A stretch of 64,000 nt of DNA from an uncultured Actinomycetota bacterium (GTDB taxonomy: Bacteria > Actinomycetota > Actinomycetes > Streptosporangiales > Streptosporangiaceae): the NCBI GenBank assembly GCA_963836195.1, contig CAWIIX010000027.1, positions 22,574 to 86,573 on the forward strand. Direction: 5' to 3'. Positions 18,290 through 28,421 of this stretch are shown here, piece after piece (positions within the stretch are counted from its first letter, which is position 1; every line of letters begins with the position of its first letter). The position numbers were made by a program, and so were the translations under genes. The notes under the pieces were generated by a model. That model saw nothing but the letters and a program-made list of their open reading frames with translations. It was not told the DNA's origin and ran no database searches.

Positions 18290-19096
18290 GTGGATGGTGA
18301 GCAGACAGTGACGGTGACCACGCCAGCCGCGGCCGCGAGGCGGGGACGTGAGCTCGCGGAGCTGATCCTGGCCGAATCCGGCCGGGCGGGCCTTGGACCG
18401 GGTTCCCGGCTGCCCACCGAGCGCCGGCTCGCCGCCGACCTGGGCGTTACCCGCAGCGGGATCAGGCTCGCGCTGGCGGCGCTTGAGGCGGACGGACTGA
18501 TCTCCCGCGAGGTCGGCCGCGGCACGTTCCTGCGCGACGCGGCGGCCGGCGCCCTGGCCGCCGCGCGCCGCGGTGAGACCGGCGCGGGCGAAGCGGCCGG
18601 CGGTCTGGGCGGCCATGGTCAAGGCGGCGGTACCGAGCCGGCCAGCCCACGGGACCGCCCCGCCGCCTCGGACTTCGCCCCGGCCGACGTGATGACGGTC
18701 CGCCGCCTCATCGAGCCGCAGGCGCTACCTCTCGTCGCGGCGTGGGCGACCGCCCGGGACTTCGCGGAGATGGAACGCTGCATCGCCGGAGGCGACCAGG
18801 CCGCCAGCTACGAGGAGTTCGAAACCTGGGACCTGGCCCTGCACCGGTCCATCATCGCCGCCGCGCACAGCCCGCTGCTTGTCGCGCTGTACGGCGTCGT
18901 GGAGTCGGCCCGGCACGGACAAGTCTGGGGCGACCTCAAGCGCCGCAGCGCGACCCGGCAGCGGCGGGATCTCTACCAGGAAGACCACCAGGCGATCGTC
19001 ACCGCCCTCCGGGCACGCGACGCGGACGCCGCTGTAGCGGCGATGCGCACCCACCTCGCCCGCGTCGCCGGTCATCTGCTCGGCGAGACGCACTGA
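18290..19096 (+). CDS. GntR/FadR-family regulator (HTH + FCD)
   Basis: LPTERRLAADLGVTRSGIRLAL, GRGTF, DLALHRSI, HQAIVTALRARD; divergent from the FAH/Liv operon. Confidence 0.9.
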   Translation: MDGEQTVTVTTPAAAARRGRELAELILAESGRAGLGPGSRLPTERRLAADLGVTRSGIRLALAALEADGLISREVGRGTFLRDAAAGALAAARRGETGAGEAAGGLGGHGQGGGTEPASPRDRPAASDFAPADVMTVRRLIEPQALPLVAAWATARDFAEMERCIAGGDQAASYEEFETWDLALHRSIIAAAHSPLLVALYGVVESARHGQVWGDLKRRSATRQRRDLYQEDHQAIVTALRARDADAAVAAMRTHLARVAGHLLGETH

Positions 19097-19220
19097 CGCT
19101 TCGCAGCGACCGGCATCGCGTGTCTGATCGTGCATGCGGCAACGCTACGCACGGCGTGCCGCGCCTGCGGCTCCCGAGATGCCCGGCGACACCGCTAGCC
19201 TTGGTGGCCCATGATCAGCG

Positions 19221-20003
19221 TCAGCGAGTTTCCCGGATCACGGGGGCGGTGCCCTCGCTGTCGGTGACGAGGGTGCCGCGGAACAGGTAACGGTCGGCCC
19301 GGTAGACGGTTTTGGCCACTTCGAACGCCCGGCCGCCCCGCTCGTAGCCGGTCTGGCTGTAGATCAGCACCGGGTCGCCGGGGCTGATCTCCAGGCGATC
19401 GCTGACCGGCGGTGCCGCCGCTCCGGCCTGGATGACGAACTTGCCGCGGCTCGGGAACACCTGATACTCGGTCCGCAGCACGTCGTACAGGGAGGCTGTG
19501 CTGAAGTCGTGCCGATCGAGCCCGGCGGCCAGGGCGGCGGGCACGATCGCCTCGGTGGTAGCGATCGGCAGGCCGTCGAAGAAGCGGATCCGCGCCAGAT
19601 CGCACACTTGGCTGCCCGGGGCGATCCCCAGTTCCTCGGCCTCCTCAAGGGTCGCCTCGCGGGTGGCGCAGCGCAGCACCCGGGAGGTCACGGCGAAGCC
19701 GCGCAGCCGCCCCTGGTCGGTGAAGCTGATCATCGCCGTGCTGCCGTGACTTACCGGCACGGTGAACCAGCCGCTGCGCTCTGAGGAACGGACCAGGTCC
19801 TTCTCCGCCAGCCGGGCCAGCGCGCGGCGGATGGTGATCCGGCTGACCCGCAGCCGTTCCGCCAGGGCCCGCTCGGACAGGAGCCGCTCCTCGGCGCCGA
19901 GCCTGCCGCTGCGGATCTCGGCTTCCAGGGTGGCGGCGGCCTGTTCATAGGCCGGCATCCGCCGGGATGACACCAGGGCTTCCCCCGCGCCGGTTGGCCG
20001 CAT
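19221..20003 (-). CDS. GntR/HutC-family regulator (HTH + UTRA)
   Basis: SERALAERLRVSRITIRRAL, SFTDQ, SLYDVL, YRADRY. Confidence 0.9.
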   Translation of the reverse strand: MRPTGAGEALVSSRRMPAYEQAAATLEAEIRSGRLGAEERLLSERALAERLRVSRITIRRALARLAEKDLVRSSERSGWFTVPVSHGSTAMISFTDQGRLRGFAVTSRVLRCATREATLEEAEELGIAPGSQVCDLARIRFFDGLPIATTEAIVPAALAAGLDRHDFSTASLYDVLRTEYQVFPSRGKFVIQAGAAAPPVSDRLEISPGDPVLIYSQTGYERGGRAFEVAKTVYRADRYLFRGTLVTDSEGTAPVIRETR

Positions 20004-20017
20004 GTCCGTCCAGCTCC

Positions 20018-20836
20018 TCACTCGACCAGCGACCCCGCAAACAGACCCGCGATGAAGCTTCGCTGCGCGAAGAGATATACCACGACGACGGGAAGCGCGG
20101 CTAGGCAACTGCCCGCCGCCAGGGCCGAATAGTTGTTGAAATGCGCGCCCGTGAACGTGGAGAGCCCGACCGTGACCGTGTACAGCGACGAGTTGGAGAC
20201 CATCACCAGCGGCAGCAGGAACGCGTTCCAGGTCCACAGGAACACCAGCGCCGCCATCGTCTTCACCGCCGGGGCCACGTTCGGCACCAGGATCCGCCAC
20301 AGCAGGGACAGCGACGAGGCGCCGTCCAGGCGGGCGCTCTCGGACAGCGACCGCGGCACCGACCGGAACGCCACGTACATCCAGAACGTGCCGAACGCGA
20401 TCGACTGCGCCGCCTGCGGCAGGATCATCGACCAGTAGGTGTTGACGATGTTGAACGCGCTGAGCTGGTAGTACCAGGGCACGATCAGCGCCTCGACCGG
20501 CAGCATGAAGCCGAACACCGACGCGTACAGCACCCAGCGCGCGCCCGGCGGCTTCGCCAGCGCGACGGAGTAGCCGGCCATCACGGCGATCACCGTGGAC
20601 ACCACCACCACCGTCACGGTGACGATCGCGGTATTCAGCATGTAGCGGGAGAAGTCGCCGTTGCGCCAGGCGTAGCTGAACCCGCTCAGCGACATGTGCC
20701 AGCTGAAGCTGATCCCGCCGGAGGTCGCGCTGCCGGACAGCGCGGTGCTGACCAGCGTGATCAGCGGGTACAGGGTGACGACGGCGGCGGCCATGAGGAT
20801 GATCAGGCAGACCGTCCGTTCAGTGCGCGACAGCAT
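20018..20836 (-). CDS. Carbohydrate ABC permease (MalG-like)
   Basis: ESARLDGAS, WNAFLLP, QRSFIAGL. Confidence 0.9.
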   Translation of the reverse strand: MLSRTERTVCLIILMAAAVVTLYPLITLVSTALSGSATSGGISFSWHMSLSGFSYAWRNGDFSRYMLNTAIVTVTVVVVSTVIAVMAGYSVALAKPPGARWVLYASVFGFMLPVEALIVPWYYQLSAFNIVNTYWSMILPQAAQSIAFGTFWMYVAFRSVPRSLSESARLDGASSLSLLWRILVPNVAPAVKTMAALVFLWTWNAFLLPLVMVSNSSLYTVTVGLSTFTGAHFNNYSALAAGSCLAALPVVVVYLFAQRSFIAGLFAGSLVE

Positions 20837-21799
20837 CAGGTCGCCTTTCGCTCGATCAGGGCCCTGATGCCGAACGTCAGGACGAAGATGATCACCGTCA
20901 TGGCGATGCCGAGGGCGCTCGCCGAGCCGACCGCGCCCAATTGGAAGGCGTCGCGGTAGATGAGCAGGCCGGGCACCATCGTGGCGTAGCCGGGACCGCC
21001 GTTGGTGGCCTGGTAGATCAGCGTGAAGCTCTGCAGCGCGGCCACCGCGCTGATCGTGAGCGCCGCGCCGATGTCGCGGCGCATCATCGGCACCGTGATG
21101 CGGAAGAACTCGCGGAACAGGCCGGCGCCGTCGACCCGGGCCGCGTCGAAGATCTCCGGCGGTATGCGCTGGATGCCGGGCAGCAGCAACACGAAGCAGA
21201 GCCCGAAGTCCAGCCACGCGGCGATCAGCCCGACCGCGGGCAGCGCGGTGCCGAAGCTGCCGAGCCAGGGCGTGCCGGTGGCCGGGCCGAGACCCGACCG
21301 CGTGCAGGATCTGGTTGATCGTGCCGGTGCCGCTCGGCGCCATCAGCCACGTCCACACGATCGCCACCACCACGGTCACGATGACCTGCGGGAGGAAGAA
21401 GACGACGCGGAAGAAGCCCATGCCGCGGACCTGGACGCGGCGGACCATGCTGACGACGGCGAGCGCGAGCCCGGTCGGTACCAGCGCGTAGAAGATGAGC
21501 AGGATGCCGAGATTGGCCAGCGAGCCGCGCTCGACCGGGTCGGTGAAGATCTGCGTGTAGTTCGCGAGCCCGACGTAGCTGGCAGCGCCGATGCCGTCCC
21601 ACCGCTGGAGCGAGTACTGCACCGCCTTGCCGAGCGGGTAGATGATCAGCGCCGCCAGGAACACCGCGGCCGGGGCCAGGAACAGGTAGCCGGACAGCCA
21701 TTCCCGGCGCCGCCGCCGGCGGGCGGCCGGGTTGGGCCGTGGCGGCCGGCCGCCACGGCTGGTGTCCGTGGCGGCCGGCCTCTTGCTGAGAACAGTCAC
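20836..21799 (-). CDS. Carbohydrate ABC permease (MalF-like), frameshift at ~21290
   Basis: GYLFLAPA, VGLANY, FFLPQVI; C-half DAARVDGA...TNGGPG in another frame. Confidence 0.82.
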
Positions 21800-21801
21800 G
21801 G

Positions 21802-23163
21802 TCAGCTCTGCTGCGACCAGTAGGAGGTGTAGTCGGACTGGAGCGAGGCCATCATGGCGGCCGGCGTGGTCTGGCCCGCCTGGAGCTCCTGGATCCCGGC
21901 CATCTCCTGGTTCAGGAAGTCAGGGGTGGCGTAGTCCAGGTACGGCACCAGGCCGCCCCCGTGCACCGCGGTTGACCAGCCCGTCGCCGCGGCGCGCAGC
22001 GTCGGGGACGCCGCCGCCAGCGCCGAGGCGCTCGGCGTGACCACCGGGATGTCGCCGTTCTTCAGCAGCGCGTCCTGGATAGCCGGGGACAGCAGGGTGT
22101 TGATGAGCGCCGCCCCCGCGTTCGGGTCCGGTGCCTTGGCCGGGATCGACCAGCCCTCGCCGGGACCGCCGGTGACCACCGGCGGCACCCAGAACCCGGC
22201 GTTGGCGCCGAGCGCCTGCTGGACCGAGCTTGAGTACCAGTCGCCCTCCAGGAAGAACCCGGCCTTGCCCTGGTCGAACAGGTTCAGCGCCTGCACATCG
22301 GACAGGCCCTGGTACCCGGCCGGGAAGTAGCCGTCCTTCGTCCACTGCGCCATGGTCGTGGCGGCCTGGACGAAGCCGGGCGTGTCGATGGACGCGTTCT
22401 TGTCGGTGTGGAACACGAAGGCGTTCTGCGCGGCCGCGGAGACGTAGTGGTTCGCGATCGTGTAGAGCATGTGCACCGGCTGATAGGCGGTTGGCTGGCC
22501 CGCCGCGTACGCCATCGCCGTCTTGCCGTTCTTGGCCAGCAGCGCCATGTCGCTGGTGAACTGGTCCCACGTCGTCGGCACGGCGCCGCCGACCGATTCG
22601 ATGAGCGCCTTGTTGTAGAAGATGCCGACGACGGTGCCGGTCTCCGGTATCCCGTAGACGCTGCCCGAGCCGAACGTCTTCCCGTTGGCGGGCAGGGAGT
22701 TGTACTGCAGCGGCAGCGAGCCGACCTTGGCGAACCAGCCGTAGACCTTGTCATACTGCCCAAGCGGCAGCAGCTCGCCGTCGGCGACGAGGCGGCCCTG
22801 GTTCTGCAGGCCCTCGTTGGTCTCGCTGACGTCCGGCGCGCTCGACCCCTTGGCGAAGGCCAGCGGCAGCTTGTCGTTCTGGTCGGACAGGCTCATCGAG
22901 GTGTTGACGACCTTGACCCCCGGATACTGCGTCTCCAGGGACTTGATCAGGATCGGCAGGACGGCGCTTTCGCCCGGGTCGTCACCGGGAATGTCCCAGT
23001 TCCACTCGTTCAGCGTGCCCTTCCAGGTCTTGGCGAGCGCCGCGGCCGAATTGCTTCCGCTTCCGCCGCTCGCGCTTCCGCCGCCGCTCGCGCAGCCGGC
23101 GATCGCCGCGAGGCCGACGATGCTGAGGGCGCCCAACCGTTGGTACAGGGGTCTGCGTGCCAC
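21802..23163 (-). CDS. Sugar ABC substrate-binding lipoprotein (SBP_bac_1 type)
   Basis: Lipobox IAGC, IFYNKAL, PTTWDQF, GDWY. Confidence 0.88.
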   Translation of the reverse strand: MARRPLYQRLGALSIVGLAAIAGCASGGGSASGGSGSNSAAALAKTWKGTLNEWNWDIPGDDPGESAVLPILIKSLETQYPGVKVVNTSMSLSDQNDKLPLAFAKGSSAPDVSETNEGLQNQGRLVADGELLPLGQYDKVYGWFAKVGSLPLQYNSLPANGKTFGSGSVYGIPETGTVVGIFYNKALIESVGGAVPTTWDQFTSDMALLAKNGKTAMAYAAGQPTAYQPVHMLYTIANHYVSAAAQNAFVFHTDKNASIDTPGFVQAATTMAQWTKDGYFPAGYQGLSDVQALNLFDQGKAGFFLEGDWYSSSVQQALGANAGFWVPPVVTGGPGEGWSIPAKAPDPNAGAALINTLLSPAIQDALLKNGDIPVVTPSASALAAASPTLRAAATGWSTAVHGGGLVPYLDYATPDFLNQEMAGIQELQAGQTTPAAMMASLQSDYTSYWSQQS

Positions 23164-23169
23164 CTCGGA

Positions 23170-24179
23170 TCACTTCTTTCTTTGGGTTGTGTTCGTGCCG
23201 TATCCGTTGTCGTTGACACAGCGGCGGCGTCCGCCGCGCGGCCGTTGGCAGCCAGCAGTCCGGTGATGGCGGCGCCGATGACTCCCGCGTCCGGGCCGAG
23301 CCGTCCTCGGATCACCGGCGTCGGCTTGGCGTGGTCGTGCGCGTAGTGCCGCGCCCACCGGCGGGCGCGTGACCAGTACTCGGTGTCCGCGCCGCCGAGC
23401 CCGCCGCCGGTGATCACCGCCTCGGGGTCGAGCACATTGAGCAGCAGCGCGATGCCCAGGCCGAGCGCCCTGGCGCCGCTGTCGACCACGTCCCCGGCCG
23501 CCTCGTCCCCGGCCGCCGCGGCGGCGAGCACCTCTTCGGCCCTCGTCGCGGCGCCGCCCCTGGCGGCGTACCGCCGGACGAGCGCGCTCCCGGAGGCGAG
23601 GCGCTCGAGCTGGACTTCGGTGCCGTCGGGCAGCAGCGCGAGAACCGACGTCCCCAGGTGCAGTGCGCCGCCGTGCGCGCCCGCGAACGGACGGCCGCCG
23701 ATGACCGCGCAGTAGCTGATCCCGGTGCTGATCGTCATGAAGGCGTGAAAGCCGTAGTCCCGGCCGGCGCCGAGGCGGGCCTCGGCCAGCGCCGCGGCGC
23801 GCACGTCGGAGTCGATCACGGCAGGCGCGACCGTCCCGAGCCGCTCGGCGACCGGCAGCTTGTCCCAGCCGGGCATGACCGCGCTCGAGGTGATGCGACC
23901 CGCCACGCTGACGTTCTCCGGGACGACCACGCCGACGCCGGCCACCCGCTTGCCGAGCGCACGGGCATGGCCGTCCAGGGACCGGACCTGCTCCTCGACG
24001 TCGAGCAGGACCGCCTCGCCGCCGCGCTCACGGCCGGTCGCGATCACGGTCTTCGCCACCAGCGTGAGCGTGGCCGCGTCGATGAGCCCGATCGCCGTCT
24101 TCGTGCCGCCCACGTCGACGCCGATTGCCGCGTCGCCCTGGTCGAGGTCGATGCCGCCGGTGCCGGCCGCGCATTCCAT
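23170..24179 (-). CDS. ROK-family sugar kinase (probable late frameshift; true stop near 23170)
   Basis: IGVDVGGTK, DSDVRAAALAE, STGIS, GGGLG, AGVIGAA. Confidence 0.85.
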
Positions 24180-25209
24180 CTAGCCGACCTTCGTGTCGTC
24201 CTGGTGGTACCGGAACTCGCCGTCAGGCAGGCCCAGGTCCTCGGCCAGCTGCGCAGGTGATCGTCTGGAGCGGGAGGATCGCGAGCACGGCCTGCGCCAG
24301 CGGCTCGGCCGCGGTCACCGTGAATGTGGCCGGGATCCCCGGGCCGCCGCAGCTCATCGCCTGGCCCGCCGGGGCGGTGGGACCGGCCGCGACGTGGAGC
24401 ACCGTCGACCCGGCGGCCGCCAGGTCCGCAGCGAGCTTCGCCTCCCGTGCCCCGCCGATCGCCACCACGACCCGGCCCGCCTCGGCCGCCTCGATCGGAC
24501 CGTGCAGGTACTGGTAGGTCTCGTAGCCGGTCGCGGGGAGCTTGCACACCTCGCGCAGGAGCAGGGCGCCTTGCAGGGCGGTCCCCGCGTGCACGCCCGA
24601 GCCCACCACATCGAACGCGGTAACGCCGCGCAGCCGCGGGAGCAGCCCTTCGGCGAGCTCCTCGGCGGCGGGCAGCAGGGCCTCCAGCCCGTCGGCGGCG
24701 TCGTCCCAGGTTTGATTGGCGCCGGCGGTGCGGTCGCGGCCCGCGAGCGAGTCGCGCAGCAAGCCGAGGGCCTGGATCGTGCCGGTGTAGCCGATCGTCC
24801 TGACGTTGCTGTCCGGCAGCAGGGAAAGCGGTACCACCGCCTCGGCGAACCCCGCGAGCGGGGAGCCCTCCACGTCAGTCACCACCAGTCGCGGGCACTG
24901 CGTGTCCCGCAGAGCCGCGTAGACCTCGGCGCTCTTCCCGGTTTGCGACACCGCGATCACGGCCTCCGCGGCCGCCGCCGGGCCGGCCAGCCCGAACTCC
25001 GAGCCCGCCCAGGATGCGGCGGGAAGGCCGGCGGCCCAGTAGCCGGGCAGGGCGGCGCTGATCGCGTTGCTTGACGCGCCCATCCCGACGAGAGCGAGCC
25101 GGCGCTGCCGCCACGGCGTCAGGTCCAGACTCCGCAGCCGGTCGGTTACCGCAGTGCGGGACGCCCGAAGACTCTTGCCTTGCGTGCGCACGGCGTCGAT
25201 GTAACGCAT
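24180..25209 (-). CDS. Double-SIS sugar-phosphate isomerase/deglycase (GlmS/FrlB-like), frameshift at ~24255
   Basis: GMGAS, VSQTGKSAE, LLREV, YLHGPIE; tail AQLAEDLGLPDGEFRYHQDDTKVG* in a shifted frame. Confidence 0.82.
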
Positions 25210-25470
25210 TCGTTCCCTTTCCATGCCGACTATCCAGCTTGGACCCAGATTTACCAGTTTGAGCCCAGAAGAGCAATAGCTCAGGGGAAGATTAGAGCCC
25301 AATTGAGCCCAATCTTGGAACGGTCTGGCGGATGGGCGGCCGGCGACCGGCGTATCGGGCTCGAATTACCGTCATGGGGGCAGCCGCGCCCGCTCCCGGC
25401 CACTCGGGTCCAATGTCGGGCTGGGTATGCTCCAGCGATGAGCCGCAGCCGCATCCGGGGGACCTGACCG

Positions 25471-26742
25471 ATGGTTGAGCGACAGTTCCCGAAGCCGGGC
25501 GAGATCTTTGAGCTCATGCGGTTCAAGAAGCCGGAGCTCCACGGCCGGAGGCGCCGCCTGGCGACCGCGCTGACCATCTACGACCTGCGCGACATCGCCA
25601 GGCGGCGGACGCCCAGGGCCGCGTTCGACTACGCCGACGGCGCCGCCGAGGCAGAGCTGTCACTGGCCCGGGCCAGGGAGGCGTTCGAGGATATCGAGTT
25701 CCACCCCTCGATCCTGAAGGACGTCTCCCGGGTCGACACCTCGACCACTATCTTCGGCGGCCCGTCGGCGCTTCCGTTCGGCATCGCGCCGACCGGCTTC
25801 ACCCGCCTCATGCAGACCGAGGGCGAGGTGGCCGGCGCCGGCGCGGCCGCCGCCGCGGGCATCCCGTTCACGCTGTCCACCCTCGGGACGACGTCGATCG
25901 AGGGCGTCAAGGCGGCCAACCCGAACGGCCGCAACTGGTTCCAGCTCTACGTGATGCGCGACCGGGAGATCTCCTACGAGCTCACCCGGCGGGCAGCGGC
26001 GGCCGGGTTCGACACCCTGTTCTTCACCGTCGACGCCCCCGTCGGCGGCGCGCGGCTGCGCGACCGGCGCAACGGCTTCTCCATTCCGCCGCAGCTGACG
26101 CTCGGCACCATCGTCAACGCGATACCACGGCCCTGGTGGTGGTGGGACTTCCTGACCACCCCCAAGCTCGAGTTCGCCTCGCTCAGCTCCACCGGCGGAA
26201 CCGTCGGCGAGCTGATGGACAAGGCGTTCGACCCGAGCATCACCTTCGCCGACCTCGACATCATCCGCGACTTGTGGCCGGGGAAGATCGTCGTCAAGGG
26301 CGTGCAGAACGTCGACGACTCGAGGAAGCTCGCCGATCTCGGCGTGGACGGAATCGTGCTCTCCAACCACGGCGGCCGTCAGCTTGACCGCGCGCCCGTG
26401 CCGTTCCGGCTGCTGCCCGAGGTCGTCAGGGCCGTCGGCGGCACGGTCGAGGTGGCAATCGACACCGGCATCATGAACGGCGCCGACATCGTCGCGTCGA
26501 TCGCCCTCGGCGCGCGGTTCACCCTCGTCGGCCGGGCCTACCTGTACGGCCTGATGGCAGGCGGCCGGCCCGGCGTCGACCGCGCCATCGAGATCCTGCG
26601 CGACGAGATCATCCGCACCATGAAGCTGCTTCAGGTAGCGAACCTGGGCGAACTCGGGCCAGGCCACGTCACCCAGCTTCGCCGCCTCGTCCCCGCTTCC
26701 ACTTCGAGCCAGGCCTTCCGGGAAGCACCAGCGCGAGGATGA
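25471..26742 (+). CDS. lldD: FMN-dependent alpha-hydroxy acid dehydrogenase (L-lactate dehydrogenase LldD2-like)
   Basis: [34 protein letters not shown]. Confidence 0.88.
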   Translation: MVERQFPKPGEIFELMRFKKPELHGRRRRLATALTIYDLRDIARRRTPRAAFDYADGAAEAELSLARAREAFEDIEFHPSILKDVSRVDTSTTIFGGPSALPFGIAPTGFTRLMQTEGEVAGAGAAAAAGIPFTLSTLGTTSIEGVKAANPNGRNWFQLYVMRDREISYELTRRAAAAGFDTLFFTVDAPVGGARLRDRRNGFSIPPQLTLGTIVNAIPRPWWWWDFLTTPKLEFASLSSTGGTVGELMDKAFDPSITFADLDIIRDLWPGKIVVKGVQNVDDSRKLADLGVDGIVLSNHGGRQLDRAPVPFRLLPEVVRAVGGTVEVAIDTGIMNGADIVASIALGARFTLVGRAYLYGLMAGGRPGVDRAIEILRDEIIRTMKLLQVANLGELGPGHVTQLRRLVPASTSSQAFREAPARG

Positions 26743-26896
26743 GGCCGACCGCAGAAAGGACCAGGCCGAGCAGCAGGCCCAGGCGCTCGCCGTAGCCCTT
26801 CCGCTCGGTCAGCCACGCACCGCCCGCGGCGGAGATCAGCCAGATGAAGAGCAGGTAAAGCGCGATCACGCCGATCGTTCCGTTGTTCTGGTTCAT
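26669..26896 (-). CDS. Small 2-TM membrane protein at the end of the Liv operon
   Basis: 75 aa, two hydrophobic helices around ERKGYG; start overlaps the LivF-like stop; 3-prime end overlaps the convergent lldD. Confidence 0.6.
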   Translation of the reverse strand: MNQNNGTIGVIALYLLFIWLISAAGGAWLTERKGYGERLGLLLGLVLSAVGLILALVLPGRPGSKWKRGRGGEAG

Positions 26897-27600
26897 GTTC
26901 CTAGGTACGCATCCTGCACCCTCGGGTCGCGCTGCAGCGACGACGTGTGGTCCGCGAGCACAACGCGGCCGGTCTCGAGCACGTAGCCGCGGCTGGCAGC
27001 GTCGAGCGCCCGGTTGGCGTTCTGCTCCACGAGCAGGATCGCCACGCCGAGGATGTGGATCTCGGAGATGGTCTGGTAAATCCGATCCACCAGGACAGGA
27101 GCGATACCGAGCGACGGCTCGTCGAGCAGCAGCAGCTTCGGGCTGGCCATCATGGCCCGGCCGATGGCGAGCATCTGCTGTTCGCCGCCGGACATCGTGC
27201 CCGCCTTCTGGCTCTCCCGCTCTTTCAGCCGGGGAAACAGCGTGAACACACGTTCCAGGTCGGCGGCGATGGCCGGGCCGCGCCGCCGGTAGGCGCCGAG
27301 GTCCAGGTTCTCCCTGACGGTCATCCGGGAGAAGCAGCGCCGGCCCTCGGGCGACATCGCGATGCCGCGGGTGACGATCTCGTGGGGTGCCACCCGGGTG
27401 ATGTCCTCGCCGGCGAAGGCGAGCGTGCCCGCGCTGGCCGGGGTAAGCCCCGAGATGCAGCGCAGCGTGGTGGACTTGCCGGCCCCGTTGGACCCGATGA
27501 GCGTGACCACCTCACCCTCGTCGACGGTCAGCGAGATGCCCTTGAGCGCCTCGATCGCACCGTAGTGCGCGTGCAGGTCACTGATCTCGAGCAGCGCCAT
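26893..27600 (-). CDS. livF: Branched-chain amino acid ABC ATP-binding protein LivF
   Basis: GSNGAGKST, PEGRR, MSGGEQQMLAIGR, VEQNA. Confidence 0.92.
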   Translation of the reverse strand: MALLEISDLHAHYGAIEALKGISLTVDEGEVVTLIGSNGAGKSTTLRCISGLTPASAGTLAFAGEDITRVAPHEIVTRGIAMSPEGRRCFSRMTVRENLDLGAYRRRGPAIAADLERVFTLFPRLKERESQKAGTMSGGEQQMLAIGRAMMASPKLLLLDEPSLGIAPVLVDRIYQTISEIHILGVAILLVEQNANRALDAASRGYVLETGRVVLADHTSSLQRDPRVQDAYLGT

Positions 27601-28421
27601 CAGCCTTCCTTCCCGAGGTAGGCCGCAACCACGGCGGGGTTCGCGCGGACCTCGGCGGGCGTGCCCTCGGCGAGCTTGCCGCCGTAGTTGAGCACGGTGA
27701 CGCGCTCGGAGACGCCCATGACGACCTTCATGTCGTGCTCGATAAGCAGGATCGTCAGCTTCAGGTCGTCGCGGATCTGGCGCATGAACGCGGCCAGGGT
27801 CGCCGACTCCTGCGGGTTCATGCCGGCCGTTGGCTCGTCGAGCAGCAACAGCCGCGGCTCACTGGCCAGGGCCCGGGCGATTTCGACCCGCCGCTGGTCG
27901 CCATAGGGGAGGTGGATGGCGAGCCGGTCGAAGTCTGCCCGCCGCAGCCCGACGTAGGCGAGCAGCTCACGCGCCCGCTCCACGGCCGCGCGCTCCTCTT
28001 TCATCACCCACGGCGGCCGGACGATGGCACCGAAGACGCCAGCCTTCATCCGGCTGTGATGCCCGATCATCACGTTCTCGGTGGCGGTCATCGCGCCGAA
28101 CAACCGGATGTTCTGGAAGGTCCTGGCGACGCCGCGGGCGGTGATCACATCCGGCCGGGACCTGGTGATGTTCCTGCCGTCGAGGCTGATCCGCCCCTCG
28201 GTGGGCCGGATCAGCCCGGTGAGCATGTTGAAGAAGGTGGTCTTGCCCGCTCCATTCGGGCCGATCAGCGAGACGATCGACCGGCCCGGGATGTCGAACG
28301 TGACGTCGTTGACCGCGATCAGCCCACCGAACCGCTTGGTGATCCGCTGAGCGAGCAGGATTGGCGGGGGCAACGGTGCGGCCAGGGCCGCGGGGGGCGC
28401 CGGGACGGCGTCTGCACTCAT
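27600..28421 (-). CDS. livG: Branched-chain amino acid ABC ATP-binding protein LivG
   Basis: FGGLIAV, GPNGAGKTT, RTFQNIRLF, LPYGDQRR, DEPTAGMN. Confidence 0.92.
   Translation of the reverse strand: MSADAVPAPPAALAAPLPPPILLAQRITKRFGGLIAVNDVTFDIPGRSIVSLIGPNGAGKTTFFNMLTGLIRPTEGRISLDGRNITRSRPDVITARGVARTFQNIRLFGAMTATENVMIGHHSRMKAGVFGAIVRPPWVMKEERAAVERARELLAYVGLRRADFDRLAIHLPYGDQRRVEIARALASEPRLLLLDEPTAGMNPQESATLAAFMRQIRDDLKLTILLIEHDMKVVMGVSERVTVLNYGGKLAEGTPAEVRANPAVVAAYLGKEG

Noticed and set aside
15400-24260. Programmed ribosomal frameshifting
   Set aside because: No slippery heptamers noticed, and these families are not known to use it; sequencing error is more parsimonious.
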